From NCBI GenBank assembly GCA_013154305.1, contig JAADCT010000044.1, forward strand, positions 1 to 49,411: 49,411 nucleotides of DNA, written 5' to 3'. The position numbers and the translations under genes are program-made. Positions 31,767 to 43,444 of this stretch are shown piece by piece. Position 1 is the stretch's first letter. Each line of letters starts with the position of its first letter. Origin of the DNA: Aquificota bacterium (GTDB taxonomy: Bacteria; Aquificota; Aquificia; Aquificales; QOAS01). The notes below the pieces were generated by a model. The model was not told the DNA's origin, searched no databases, and saw only the letters and a program-made list of their open reading frames with translations.

Positions 31767-32072
31767 TTAGGAACTTTCCCCTTTTTTGACCGCGTATTCG
31801 GGTTGATAACCTATAACGTGCTCTTTGAGGATTTTGCACTTGGTGGTTCCCTCGCACCGCAGGACCACGTAGTGCTCCTCGATTTTTTCGACCGTTCCGA
31901 GAATTCCGGCGCTCGTTACGACCTTGTCGCCCACCTTAAGGTTTTGCAAAAAGCGTTGATGCTCCTGCCGGCGTTTCCTCTCCGGCCTTATCAGGAGAAA
32001 GTAAAAGAGGGCGACGAAAATCGCAAAGAATATCAGGTTCGTAATCAAAAAGCCGACGCCTCCGCCCTGCAT
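31767..32072 (-). CDS. yajC: Preprotein translocase subunit YajC
   Basis: A single N-terminal TM helix is followed by LLIRPERKRRQEH...LKVGDKVVTSAGILGTV. Confidence 0.85.
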   Translation of the reverse strand: MQGGGVGFLITNLIFFAIFVALFYFLLIRPERKRRQEHQRFLQNLKVGDKVVTSAGILGTVEKIEEHYVVLRCEGTTKCKILKEHVIGYQPEYAVKKGESS

Positions 32073-32082
32073 AGCGGCCTCC

Positions 32083-34103
<2,021 letters not shown>

Positions 34104-34110
34104 ACTTTTC

Positions 34111-34956
34111 ATGCTGGCCTTTATTGGCGGAAGCGGCCTTTACGACCTTCCCGGCCTCGAGATTTTGGAAGAAGTTGAGGTTGAAACGCCCTTCGGAAAA
34201 CCCTCGGCGCCCGTCGTTCGCGCCCGCGCCGGGGGTAAGGAAGTCCTCTTTTTGGCCCGCCACGGAAAAAACCACGAGTATCCGCCCCACCGCGTTCCCT
34301 ACAGGGCCAACCTGTGGGCCTTGGCCGAGCTGGGGGCGACCGCCGTCGTTGGAATAAACGCCGTCGGCGGTATAGACCCCCTCCTCAGGCCCGGCGACTT
34401 CGTGGTCGTGGACCAATTTCTCGACTTTACGAAAAGCCGGCCCCAAACCTTTTACGAGGGAAAGTTTTCCCCCGACTACGAACCCAAAAAGGGTAAAAAA
34501 CACGAACTCCTGCTGGCCCAAAAGAAGGTCGTTCACGTCGACGTCAGTCACCCCTTTTGTTCCGAACTGAGGAGGCTCCTGGCCGCGGTTCTGGAGGAGG
34601 AAAACCTGCGCTACCACCTCGGGGGCACCTACGCCGCCACCGAGGGGCCCCGGCTCGAGAGCGCGGCCGAAATCAGGGCCCTGGCGCTTTTGGGCGCCGC
34701 AGTGGTCGGAATGACGATGGTTCCCGAGGTCGTTTTGGCGAGGGAGCTCCAGCTCCACTACGCGGGCCTCTGCGTCGTTACCAACCCGGCGGCGGGAATT
34801 GCCGGCCGCCGCCTCACCTCGGAGGAGGTCGTTTCGATGATGAAACGAAAGGAGGAGGAGATAAAGCGCGTGGTCCTGCGGTTGGTCGAAAGGTTTGAGG
34901 GAACCTCCGGTTGGAACTGCGACTGCGGGAGGACCCTCGAGGGGGCCGAGATTTAA
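34111..34956 (+). CDS. mtnP: S-methyl-5'-thioadenosine phosphorylase
   Basis: [33 protein letters not shown] and VVGMTMVPE are present (PNP/MTAP family). Confidence 0.9.
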   Translation: MLAFIGGSGLYDLPGLEILEEVEVETPFGKPSAPVVRARAGGKEVLFLARHGKNHEYPPHRVPYRANLWALAELGATAVVGINAVGGIDPLLRPGDFVVVDQFLDFTKSRPQTFYEGKFSPDYEPKKGKKHELLLAQKKVVHVDVSHPFCSELRRLLAAVLEEENLRYHLGGTYAATEGPRLESAAEIRALALLGAAVVGMTMVPEVVLARELQLHYAGLCVVTNPAAGIAGRRLTSEEVVSMMKRKEEEIKRVVLRLVERFEGTSGWNCDCGRTLEGAEI

Positions 34957-36353
34957 ACCTCGGTTCCCCCGACGGTCAGCCCCCTTATCCGGACCGTCGG
35001 TTGGGCGTCGGAAACCGGCACCCCCTGACCGTCCTTTCCGCAGGTTCCTATCGACCAACCGAGGTCCCGCCCGACCGCGTCGACCTGCTCGAGGGCCTTG
35101 GGTCCGTTTCCTATCAGCGTCGCCCCCTTTATCGGATAGGTGACCTTACCGTTTTCGACGAGGTAGCCCTCGGCCACCTCGAAGACGAAGTCGCCGGTGG
35201 TGGTGTTGACCTCGCCGCCGCCCATCTTAACGACCAGAATGCCCCTTTTGGTGTCGGCGATTATCGCCTCCGGGTCGTCCCTTCCCGGCGCTATGAAGGT
35301 GTTGGTCATGCGAACCAGCGGCGCGTGGCGATAGCTTTGGCGCCGGCCGTTTCCCGTGCTTTCGACGCCGTCCTTCATCGCCGACAGGCGGTCGTACATG
35401 TATCCGACCAAAACGCCGTTTTCTATAAGAACCTTCCTTTGGGCGGGAACGCCCTCGTCGTCGACCGAAAAGCTTCCGTTTTTACCCGGCAAAGTGGCGT
35501 CGTCGACCACCGTAACGAGCTCGCTCGCAACCTTCTTTCCCAACTTCGACTTGTCGTAGACCGAAACGCCCTTTTGAACCAGGTCGGCCTCAAGACCGTG
35601 GCCCACCGCCTCGTGAATCATCGTTCCTCCCGCCTCGGCGGCCATCACCACCGTAAAGGTCCCCGCCGGGGCCGGGCGCGCCCGCGTCAGCGTCAGGGCC
35701 CTTTTGGTTGCCTTTTCGGCTATCAGCTCCGGCGGCGTTTCCTCAAAGAGCTCGTAGCCCGTCAGGCCCCCCGCGCTTTCAAAGCCCCTGAAGAGCTCGC
35801 CGTCTTTGGCGGCCACCGCCTCTACGAAAAAGACGACCCTCTTTTGCTCGTCCTCGGCAATTTCGCCCAACGAGTTTACCACCAAAATCCGCCGCGTCCG
35901 GTCGGCCAAAACCGCCTGAACCTGCCGCAGGAGCCCGCCGCCGACCTCGCGGGCCCTCTGCTCGGCCCTTTTTAAGAGTTCCAACTTTTGAGAAAGCCCG
36001 ACTTCGTCGGGGTCGACCTTTACCGGCGTAAAGCCGACGCGCTTTATCAGGCCCCACCTCACCGGACCCTGTCCCCCGCCCTTTGCCAAAGTTTTGGCCA
36101 GTTCGAGGAGGTTTTCGAAGGTGGGTTCGTTGGTGTAGCCGTAGTAGACCTTAAAGTCCTTTATCAGACGAAGGCCCACGCCGAGGTCGTAACCGTGGGA
36201 AACCTCGTCCACCTTGCCTTCCTCAAAGCGCAGGCGCGTTGAGCGAACCCGTTCGAAGAAAATTTCGGCGTATTGGCCTCCCTGCGAAAGGAGGGTCGAA
36301 AGAACGTATCCGCCCTTGGAGAGGATTAACTCCCTGACCTCTTCGGGTTTCAT
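34953..36353 (-). CDS. tldD: Metalloprotease TldD
   Basis: The [11 protein letters not shown] motif and the ~466-aa TldD/PmbA fold pattern are present. There is no pmbA next to it. Confidence 0.9.
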   Translation of the reverse strand: MKPEEVRELILSKGGYVLSTLLSQGGQYAEIFFERVRSTRLRFEEGKVDEVSHGYDLGVGLRLIKDFKVYYGYTNEPTFENLLELAKTLAKGGGQGPVRWGLIKRVGFTPVKVDPDEVGLSQKLELLKRAEQRAREVGGGLLRQVQAVLADRTRRILVVNSLGEIAEDEQKRVVFFVEAVAAKDGELFRGFESAGGLTGYELFEETPPELIAEKATKRALTLTRARPAPAGTFTVVMAAEAGGTMIHEAVGHGLEADLVQKGVSVYDKSKLGKKVASELVTVVDDATLPGKNGSFSVDDEGVPAQRKVLIENGVLVGYMYDRLSAMKDGVESTGNGRRQSYRHAPLVRMTNTFIAPGRDDPEAIIADTKRGILVVKMGGGEVNTTTGDFVFEVAEGYLVENGKVTYPIKGATLIGNGPKALEQVDAVGRDLGWSIGTCGKDGQGVPVSDAQPTVRIRGLTVGGTEV

Positions 36354-36427
36354 AGTAAATTGATTTTGACCGCCGCGGGTTCTACGCCTTGCCTTAATCC
36401 GCCCTTGGTGAAATAATCCATATCCTT

Positions 36428-36820
36428 ATGATTAAGGTCGAAATCGTTACGCCCAAGGGTTACGCCTTTACCGGCGAAGTCGAACTGGTCAACGTTCCCA
36501 CCGAAGAGGGCGAAATCGGCGTTTTGGAAAACCACATGCACCTGATGTCGGCCCTAAAGCCCGGCCTCGTCTACTTTAACGGAAACAAGGAGGAGGGCTT
36601 TTTCGTCACCGAGGGTTTCGTCGAGGTCAATCCCAAAAAGGTTAACATCCTGGCCGAGGAGGCCACCCCCATAGGGGAAATCGACCCCGGCGAGGTTAAA
36701 AAGCGCTACGAGGAGCTGGTTAAAAAGCTGGCGGCCGCCAAAACCCGCGAGGAGATGGAGGCCATCGAGAGGGAGCGCGAAATCCTCGAAACCCTTTTGG
36801 CGCTCGTAATTAGAAAATAA
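36428..36820 (+). CDS. atpC: F0F1 ATP synthase epsilon subunit
   Basis: MIKVEIVTPKGYAFTGEVELVNVPTEEGEIGVLENHMHLMSALKPG is followed by a helical C-terminal domain. There are no other atp genes in the window. Confidence 0.85.
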   Translation: MIKVEIVTPKGYAFTGEVELVNVPTEEGEIGVLENHMHLMSALKPGLVYFNGNKEEGFFVTEGFVEVNPKKVNILAEEATPIGEIDPGEVKKRYEELVKKLAAAKTREEMEAIEREREILETLLALVIRK

Positions 36821-36845
36821 ACCCTTTTGGGGAGCCCGAGCAAAG

Positions 36846-37397
36846 ATGAAACTTAACCCGAAAATTTTGGAAAAGGCGATAAACCGCCTGGTGGAGGAAC
36901 TGGTAAAGACCGGAATAGTGGAGGTCGACGCCGACAAGTTCGTCCTTAAAGTGCGCCAAGTTTTCGAGGAGGCCCACCGGGAGGAACTGCAACTCACCGA
37001 GGACGCCAAAAGGATTCTGAAGGAAAACCTCCACCTTTTGGACGAAACCGGTCTCGACAGCGCCAAGGCGGTTTCCCTCATTCGCCGCAAACTGGCCGAG
37101 GAGAGGAACATAAACCTCAACCCCTTCGAGAGGATGAACCAACTGGCCAAACGGATTATGGACTGGATAATGGAGGACGAGGAAATAGAGATTTACGACG
37201 AACCTTACAACATCAGGAAGAAAATCGCCGCCGTTTTGCGCGAGGCGGTGGCCGAGCAAAAGGCTATAGAGCGCGAGGCCCTGCGCCGCACCGAGGAGGA
37301 GGCCAACAAGAGGGGCATTTTGGCCGGCAGCGACGACTGGAACTTCATCTACCGCCGCTACCTCTCGGAGGTTATGAAGGAAAAGGGCTACGAGTAG
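36846..37397 (+). CDS. Hypothetical helical protein (possibly DUF507-like)
   Basis: The 183-aa K/E-rich ORF lies 25 nt after atpC on the same strand. The family guess is from memory of size and composition only. Confidence 0.55.
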   Translation: MKLNPKILEKAINRLVEELVKTGIVEVDADKFVLKVRQVFEEAHREELQLTEDAKRILKENLHLLDETGLDSAKAVSLIRRKLAEERNINLNPFERMNQLAKRIMDWIMEDEEIEIYDEPYNIRKKIAAVLREAVAEQKAIEREALRRTEEEANKRGILAGSDDWNFIYRRYLSEVMKEKGYE

Positions 37398-37415
37398 GGT
37401 TTAATTTTTCTTTCG

Positions 37416-38474
37416 ATGTTTTCCCGCCGCGCCTTTTCTCTGGTCGAACTCCTCGTCGTTTTGGCGATATTCCTCCTCGTGGGGGTCCTGATATTCTACC
37501 TCCTGGTAAAGGGGCTCCGTTGGGTCGGCACCACCGCCGGTGAGGTAAAAGCCGAAGTTGACACCACGGTAAATACCGAGCTGTTGGTCTTTGACCTGAC
37601 CCACGCCGGCTACGGCATAGCCAAAAACGAAACCCGCTTGGTAATCGAGTTTTTCAACGGAACGGACTATCCCTCCCCCTTGGCCGCAATAGCTACGGCC
37701 GACGACCTTTCCGACGGCGAAAAGGTTTTGGTTTTAAGGGAAACGGTGAACCTGGCAAAAACCTCGATACCGACCTACGGTTTTTTAGTGTCCAACGGCT
37801 CGGGAATAGTTTACGCCTACCCCCCCGGCGCGGATTGGGAAAGCGTTTATTGCGCCTGGCTTTCGCAGGACCGCGCTTGCCTGGGGGTTGACAACTGCAC
37901 CGACCCGCCCCCCGGTTCGGCGGCCGTGGGCTATCCTTTGGACAACCAAAGCGCCTGCAGGGACGCAACCGACCCCTGGTGTTGCGTTGCCTGCAATTGC
38001 ACCACGATAGTTTACAAACTTTACGAGCAGTCGGGAAGCTCCAAACCAAGCTGCATCCCCGGCGTTTTGACCTTCGGTAGGAAAACCGCCAACATGTCGG
38101 TTCCCCTTATCAACTGCGTTTCCGACTGGAGTGTCTGGTTTGGTCTCGACCTCGACGGCGACGGCGAAGTAGACACTTGGGAAAATCAAATTCCCAACGG
38201 GGAGGTCTTGACCAACGAGGACCTCAAAAAGGTCAAGGTCGTTAAGGTCTTTTTCCTCGTTCAGGCGTCGCCGACCGGCGACCCCGGCTACGACTTTTGT
38301 AAACTGACCGGCGCCAAGTGCGACGGGGCGGGCGCCTGCGGCGAGGGCTTTCTGGAGGTGGCCGAGCTGGGCGGTAAAAAGGTCTGCCTCAAACACCCCG
38401 AAGACCCCGCCTGGAAGACCTACCGCTGGAGGGTGGTCGAGGTTACCGTAAGCAACTTCCCCAACCTGCCTTAG
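37416..38474 (+). CDS. Type IV pilin-like / pseudopilin-like protein (PilW/GspJ-like size), Cys-rich with an EF-hand-type loop
   Basis: The N-terminus MFSRRA/FSLVELLVVLAIFLLVG resembles a prepilin cleavage/methylation motif, with Ala rather than Gly at -1. There are 14 Cys in the extracytoplasmic part. DLDGDGEVDTWE (38148..38183) fits the DxDxDGxVxxxE Ca-binding loop. Confidence 0.7.
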   Translation: MFSRRAFSLVELLVVLAIFLLVGVLIFYLLVKGLRWVGTTAGEVKAEVDTTVNTELLVFDLTHAGYGIAKNETRLVIEFFNGTDYPSPLAAIATADDLSDGEKVLVLRETVNLAKTSIPTYGFLVSNGSGIVYAYPPGADWESVYCAWLSQDRACLGVDNCTDPPPGSAAVGYPLDNQSACRDATDPWCCVACNCTTIVYKLYEQSGSSKPSCIPGVLTFGRKTANMSVPLINCVSDWSVWFGLDLDGDGEVDTWENQIPNGEVLTNEDLKKVKVVKVFFLVQASPTGDPGYDFCKLTGAKCDGAGACGEGFLEVAELGGKKVCLKHPEDPAWKTYRWRVVEVTVSNFPNLP

Positions 38475-38498
38475 GGCAATAATAAACCTGTTTCGGTA

Positions 38499-39218
38499 AT
38501 GAATCCGAAACCCCTGAAGGTGGGAAGGGTCTTTTACAAAAACACCCTTCCCCTGTTTTACTTTCTCCCCTCCGAGGGTTTGGAGGTGGTGGAGGGTTCG
38601 CCCCGAAAGCTGGCCGACCTTTTGGCCCTCGGCCTCATCGACGGGGGGACGATATCCTCGCTCTTTTACCTTCGGAGGAAGGGGCAGTTCGTTCCCCTTC
38701 CGGGGGTTTCCATCTCCTCCTTCGGAAAGAGCGGTTCGGTAATTTTGTTTTCCGAAAAACCTCTGGAGGAGGTAAAGACGGTAAAGCCGAGTCCCGAAAG
38801 CCTCACCTCCAACTTTTTGCTCTACGCCTTTTTCAAAAAGGTTTTGGGAAAAAGGTTGGAGTTCGCCTCCCGAGGGGCGGACGCCGAGCTCGTCATCGGC
38901 GACCGCGCCCTTAGGCTCCTCAAGGAAAGGAGACGCCCCTTTGCCTACGACCTGGGCGAACTCTGGTTTCAAAAAACCGGCCTGCCGGCAGTCTTTGCCC
39001 TCTTTCTGGTGCCCGCCCGACTGGCGGCCCAAAGGCCGGCCGAGGTTTCCAAACTCGCCCTTGCGCTGATGGAGGCCAAGGATAGGTTTTTCAAAGAACT
39101 CGAAAACCTCCCCCTGGAGGAGGAACTGAAGAACTACCTTAAGGGGCTGAATTACGACTTTGGACGCGAACACCTCGAGAGTTTAAACCTGATGGAAAAA
39201 CTCCTCGAGGAGGCTTAA
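38499..39218 (+). CDS. mqnA: Chorismate dehydratase MqnA (futalosine pathway)
   Basis: LKVGRVFYKNTLPLFYFL, ADAELVIGDRALRL and YDLGELWFQKTGLPAVFALF match MqnA-type VitK2_biosynth family patterns. Confidence 0.75.
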   Translation: MNPKPLKVGRVFYKNTLPLFYFLPSEGLEVVEGSPRKLADLLALGLIDGGTISSLFYLRRKGQFVPLPGVSISSFGKSGSVILFSEKPLEEVKTVKPSPESLTSNFLLYAFFKKVLGKRLEFASRGADAELVIGDRALRLLKERRRPFAYDLGELWFQKTGLPAVFALFLVPARLAAQRPAEVSKLALALMEAKDRFFKELENLPLEEELKNYLKGLNYDFGREHLESLNLMEKLLEEA

Positions 39219-39231
39219 AAAGGAAGAAAAC

Positions 39232-40179
39232 TCAGGAGGGGCTTTTTTCCTTTATCCTCTCCCTGAGCTTGCAGACGAAGCAGACCTCCGAGGGGGAAGG
39301 TTCGCCGCAGACGGTGCACCTCCGAAGTTCCCCCTTTACGAGCTCCTCCTTCAGGGAGTTGAAAATGGGAAAAATCTTTTTGAGGTATTCGAAGTAAAAG
39401 CGATACTTGGTTCCCCTCGCGTGGTTTTCGATTTGCTCCATTATTCCCTTGTAAAAGTGGAGGTTGGCGGTGTCGCCCATCGGGCACGAGCGGTCGGTGT
39501 AGGGAATTCCCGACAGGTCGGCGTAAAGCCGAATTTGCTCCTCGGTCAGTTTAACCAGCGGTTTTACCTTTCTCGGAAAGCCCTTTTCCTCCGGCAGGAC
39601 CGGATACTTCCGCGCCAGATACTTTACGTTCCAGTTTACGACGTTGGCCAAAAGGGAGGAGGCCTCGTCGTCGAGGTTGTGGCCCGTCGCCACGACCCTG
39701 TAGCCCAGCTCCCTCGCCACCTTGTTAAAGTGGTAGCGCTTTATCCGCCCGCAGACCGAGCAGGCCGACCCCATAACGAGGTTTTGAACCACCGGCAGCG
39801 GCGCCCCCAGCTCCTGCTCCAGCTTTACGATTTTGGGCTCCTTTCCTAGGATTTTTCCCAGCTCCAGGACCTTTTGCTTCGACTCCTCCGAGTAGTCGCC
39901 GATGCCCAGGTCTATAAAAAAGCCGTCGGCGTCGTAGCCGAGTTTGTTCAAAACGAACCACAGCGTTTGGCTGTCCTTTCCCCCCGAAACGGCCACCAAA
40001 ACCCTTTCGGAGGGCTTGAACATCTTAAACTCCTTAATCGTTTCCCTGACGCGCCTTTCGAACCACTCTTTAAAGTGCTCCTCGCAGAGGGCCAGGCGGT
40101 GCTCCTTCATGTAGACGACGCTCTCGCGCCTTTGACCCTTTTGCTTACAAATTTGACAAAGCCTCCTTTGCCGACCCAT
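39232..40179 (-). CDS. ttuA: tRNA 2-thiolation PP-loop ATPase (TtuA/Ncs6 type)
   Basis: The PP-loop is SGGKDS. The product also has an N-terminal zinc finger CQICK...CEEH, central cysteines CSVCG...CPMG, and a C-terminal CTVCG...CFVC. Confidence 0.8.
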   Translation of the reverse strand: MGRQRRLCQICKQKGQRRESVVYMKEHRLALCEEHFKEWFERRVRETIKEFKMFKPSERVLVAVSGGKDSQTLWFVLNKLGYDADGFFIDLGIGDYSEESKQKVLELGKILGKEPKIVKLEQELGAPLPVVQNLVMGSACSVCGRIKRYHFNKVARELGYRVVATGHNLDDEASSLLANVVNWNVKYLARKYPVLPEEKGFPRKVKPLVKLTEEQIRLYADLSGIPYTDRSCPMGDTANLHFYKGIMEQIENHARGTKYRFYFEYLKKIFPIFNSLKEELVKGELRRCTVCGEPSPSEVCFVCKLRERIKEKSPS

Positions 40180-40224
40180 GTCGAGTATTTAATTAAGGAC
40201 CCCGCGGGGAGCCGTTGGCAAACT

Positions 40225-41178
40225 TTAAATAACCTTTTTGAGTTTGAGCCAGAGCAAAAGACCCCCGGTCACCGAAACCATCAAAAAGAGGCTTATCCAA
40301 AAGCCGAAGGGGCTGTGGAGGAAGGGAATAAACTCGAAGTTCATTCCGTAAATGCTGGCCACCAGCGTCGGCGGCAGAAACAGGGTCGCTATGAAGGCGA
40401 AAACCTGGGCCGCCTCGTTTTGCCTAATCGTAATGAGCCCAAGCAGGCTCTCCTGAACGCTGTCGATTTTTTCCATGTAAATGCTGGTGTAGTCGGCCAG
40501 GGCGCCCAGGTCCTCCATAATCATCTTCAGCTCGCGCTTGGTAACGTTGCTGACTTTGGTGCTCCTAAGGAGCTTGGCCAAAATCCTCAACTTTTCGTTT
40601 ATCGACTCGCGCAGCGTCAGGTTGAGCTCGTCGTAAAAGGCAAGGTCTTTGATAATTTCGGGCGACTGCTCCTCAAAAATCTGCTGGCGGATGCTCCTTA
40701 TCCGCTTTCCGATAATTTCGAGACGGTTTCCGATACGCTCCACCTCGAGGTTTAAAAGCTCGGCCATCAGGCGGTCGGGCACCGAAAAGGAAAGCTTGTG
40801 GCGGTCGACCATCCTCTTAAACATCGAGAAGGTGACTATCTTGCTGTAGCGGAGCGTAATCAAAACGTTTCCCTTCAGGAAAAACAGGACCGGTTCGGCG
40901 TAGACCTCGTCCCGGTGTTGGACCAAAAAGGAAAAAATCGCGTAAAGGTGGTCCCTTCCCTCGTAAAAGCGGGAGGAGATTTCTATGTCCTCGAAGACCT
41001 CCTTCGGGGGTTCGCGAAAACCGAACTCCCTTTGGAGAAAGCGCAGGTCCTCCTCGGTCGGTTCCCGCGCGTCTATCCACAAAACGGGAACCCTCCTTGC
41101 CAATTCCTTAATCTCTTTGCGGTCGTCGACGCGCTTTATTCCTCCCTCCGGGGGAAAGTAGTAGGCCTTTAACACCAA
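40225..41178 (-). CDS. corA: Magnesium/cobalt transporter CorA
   Basis: YGMNFEFIP (GMN motif) precedes the last TM helix, and there are two C-terminal TM helices. The start is TTG 41178 or GTG 41175. Confidence 0.9.
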   Translation of the reverse strand: MVLKAYYFPPEGGIKRVDDRKEIKELARRVPVLWIDAREPTEEDLRFLQREFGFREPPKEVFEDIEISSRFYEGRDHLYAIFSFLVQHRDEVYAEPVLFFLKGNVLITLRYSKIVTFSMFKRMVDRHKLSFSVPDRLMAELLNLEVERIGNRLEIIGKRIRSIRQQIFEEQSPEIIKDLAFYDELNLTLRESINEKLRILAKLLRSTKVSNVTKRELKMIMEDLGALADYTSIYMEKIDSVQESLLGLITIRQNEAAQVFAFIATLFLPPTLVASIYGMNFEFIPFLHSPFGFWISLFLMVSVTGGLLLWLKLKKVI

Positions 41179-41228
41179 AAGTAGTTAATATATTCCCCCT
41201 TTCCCGCGGCGGTTATCCTTAATCCCCG

Positions 41229-41960
41229 ATGAAACCCGTTTTGGAGCTCCTTTCGGTCAAACCCTTTTCGGTCGTAGGTCACCGCGGTTCCAAGGACGAA
41301 TGTCCCGAAAACACCCTCCCCTGCCTGAGGAGGGCCCTCGAGGAGGGCGCCGACGCCGTCGAGTTTGACGTGCGAGCCACCAAGGACGGCCACCTAATCC
41401 TGCTCCACGACGAGACCTTCGAACGGGTGGCCGGACTGCCGCTGCGGCCCTCCGACCTCACCCTGGAGGAGGTTCGGGCAAAAGTCCGCGTTTTCGGAAC
41501 CGAGGTCGTTCCCACCCTCGAGGAGGCCCTCGGGCTCGTAAAAGAGTTCCAAAAGGCGGCGCTGGTGGAGGTGAAGGAACCCCCGACGGTCGAAAAGGTC
41601 CTCCGAACCCTAGAGGGACTAAACTGCTCCGACCTTACGGCGGTAATCTCCTTTTACCCGGAGGCCCTGAGGAGGGTAAAGGAGCTGAGACCCGACCAAA
41701 CGGCCGGCCTCATTTACTCCAAACCCTCCTCGGCCATTTCGGAGGCAAAGAAGATGGGGCTGGAGCTGGTTTTACCCCGCTGGCCGCTGGCAACGCCCAA
41801 GGCCGTCGCCTTTGCCCACCGCCTGCGCCTGAAGGTGGTGGTCTGGGTCGTCAACGACGAAAGGAGCCTAAAGAGAACGCTGGAGGCGGGCGCCGACGCG
41901 CTCGCCACCGACCGCGTCTCTTGGCTCGTGAAAAAGCGCGCCGAGCTCCTTCAGGAGTAG
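41229..41960 (+). CDS. Glycerophosphodiester phosphodiesterase (GDPD family)
   Basis: VVGHRGSKDECPENTL, VEFDVRATKDGHLILLHDETFERV and VVVWVVND are present. Confidence 0.85.
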   Translation: MKPVLELLSVKPFSVVGHRGSKDECPENTLPCLRRALEEGADAVEFDVRATKDGHLILLHDETFERVAGLPLRPSDLTLEEVRAKVRVFGTEVVPTLEEALGLVKEFQKAALVEVKEPPTVEKVLRTLEGLNCSDLTAVISFYPEALRRVKELRPDQTAGLIYSKPSSAISEAKKMGLELVLPRWPLATPKAVAFAHRLRLKVVVWVVNDERSLKRTLEAGADALATDRVSWLVKKRAELLQE

Positions 41961-43084
41961 ACCCTGAGGACGCGGTAGAAGGTGTCCCTCTCGGCGGGAA
42001 CCTTTCCCGCCTCCCTGATTAGGGAAACGAGCTTTTCCTTGGCGTGGCCGAGGGCCGCCTCGGTCCCGGCGGCGTGGACGATTTTCTCCTCCAAGATGGT
42101 CCCGTCGAGGTCGTCGGCCCCGTAGCTTAGCGCCAGCTGGGCAATCCGCTCGCCCAAGGTAACCCAGTAGGCCTTTACGTGTTTGAAGTTGTCCAAAAAG
42201 AGGCGGGCAATCGCGACGGTTTTCAGGTCCTCGACGGGGGAGGCCTCCTCGCCCCCCAATTCGGTTCCCTTGGGACGGTACTTTAGGGGAATGAAAACCT
42301 GAAAGCCCCCCGTTTGGTCCTGAAGCTCGCGGACTTTGGTCATGTGTTCGACGCGGTCGGCGTAGCTCTCAACGTGGCCGTAGAGCATCGTTATGTTGGT
42401 GGGGATGCCGAGCTCGTGGGCCGCGCGGTGGACCTTCAGGTATTCCTCCGCGCTCGCCTTGTGGGGGGCTATGACCCTGCGCTTTTCCTCGTTGAAAATT
42501 TCGGCCCCTCCGCCGGGCAAAACGGCCAAGCCCGCCTCCTTTAGGTCCCTCAGGACCTCCTTTACGCTCTTTTTGGCAAGCTTTGCCATGTGGTGGACCT
42601 CAATGGCGGTGTAGGCCTTGAGGATTACCTCGGGATACCGCTCCTTAATCGCCCGAAGGAGGTTGAGGTAGTCCTCGTAGCGCCAGTGGGGCGGAATGCC
42701 GCCCACCAGGTGAACCTCCCTCCCTCCCAGCGCGTAAAGCTCGCCGACTTTTGCCAAAATCTCCTCGGTCGAAAGCTCGTATGCCCGCGGGTGGTTTCTG
42801 CCCTTGACGGCGAAGGCGCAAAACCTGCAACCGTAGATGCAAACGTTGGTCGGATTTATCTGAACGTTTACCACGAAGTAGGCCAGGTTCCCGTTGATTT
42901 TGCGGTTTTTGTAGTCGGCCAGGAGGCCCAAATAGGTCAGGTCGGCCCGCTCGAAAAGGTAGAGGGCGTCCTCGGGCGTCAGGCGGCGTTCCCCGAGCAC
43001 CTTCTCGCCGATTTGAGCGAGCCGCCGGTCGCGGTGTCCCAAAACGACCGACTCCAAAAGGAGGTCCCTGTCGGTTTCGACCAT
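41951..43084 (-). CDS. Radical SAM menaquinone-biosynthesis enzyme, MqnE/MqnC family (aminofutalosine synthase-like)
   Basis: INPTNVCIYGCRFCAF (CxxxCxxC), LPGGGAEIF and YGADDLDGT are present. The start is moved to ATG 43084, because the 43159 start would abut the hfq start. The INPTN context leans towards MqnE, but that is from memory only. Confidence 0.8.
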   Translation of the reverse strand: MVETDRDLLLESVVLGHRDRRLAQIGEKVLGERRLTPEDALYLFERADLTYLGLLADYKNRKINGNLAYFVVNVQINPTNVCIYGCRFCAFAVKGRNHPRAYELSTEEILAKVGELYALGGREVHLVGGIPPHWRYEDYLNLLRAIKERYPEVILKAYTAIEVHHMAKLAKKSVKEVLRDLKEAGLAVLPGGGAEIFNEEKRRVIAPHKASAEEYLKVHRAAHELGIPTNITMLYGHVESYADRVEHMTKVRELQDQTGGFQVFIPLKYRPKGTELGGEEASPVEDLKTVAIARLFLDNFKHVKAYWVTLGERIAQLALSYGADDLDGTILEEKIVHAAGTEAALGHAKEKLVSLIREAGKVPAERDTFYRVLRVYS

Positions 43085-43158
43085 CCGAGGGTTAAATCTT
43101 AACGCCCGCCCCTTTTGCGCGTGTAAGATATAAGTTTCCAAAAAGAGGAGGCACCGCA

Positions 43159-43374
43159 ATGGAGCAAAACCAGCAACCGGTAAACCTGCAGGACGAAATC
43201 CTAAAAAGGGCCCAGGAAACGGGAACCCCCATAACGGTCTACCTCATCCGCGGAAACCGCATCAGCGGAAAGGTAAAGGCCTTTGACCGCTTCAGCATCC
43301 TGCTCGAAGTAGGCGGCGAGGAGCAACTCATTTTCAAACACGCCGTTTCTACCGTCGTTCCCGGTCGCCAGTAG
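43159..43374 (+). CDS. hfq: RNA chaperone Hfq
   Basis: The Sm-like motifs are LQDEIL...PITVYLIRGNRISGKVKAFDRFSILLE...IFKHAVSTVVP. A strong SD (AGAGGAGG) lies 8 nt upstream. Confidence 0.9.
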   Translation: MEQNQQPVNLQDEILKRAQETGTPITVYLIRGNRISGKVKAFDRFSILLEVGGEEQLIFKHAVSTVVPGRQ

Positions 43375-43396
43375 TTTTCTTGATTAAGGAAAAACT

Positions 43397-43417
43397 CCCG
43401 CCGCCGAAGGCGGCGGG
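43397..43417. terminator. Bidirectional intrinsic terminator between convergent hfq and rpsT
   Basis: CCCGCCGCC-GAA-GGCGGCGGG has a 9-bp GC stem. It is followed by CTTTCTCTTTC on the plus strand and AGTTTTTCC on the minus strand. Confidence 0.75.
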
Positions 43418-43444
43418 CTTTCTCTTTCGAAAGGAAGTGAAGTT

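Noticed and set aside
39232-43084. mqnA (38499..39218) and the mqnE-like gene (41951..43084) as a novel cluster with the intervening ttuA, corA and GDPD genes.
   Set aside because: Futalosine-pathway genes are typically scattered. The intervening genes have unrelated, well-known functions and mixed orientations, so nothing supports a functional unit.
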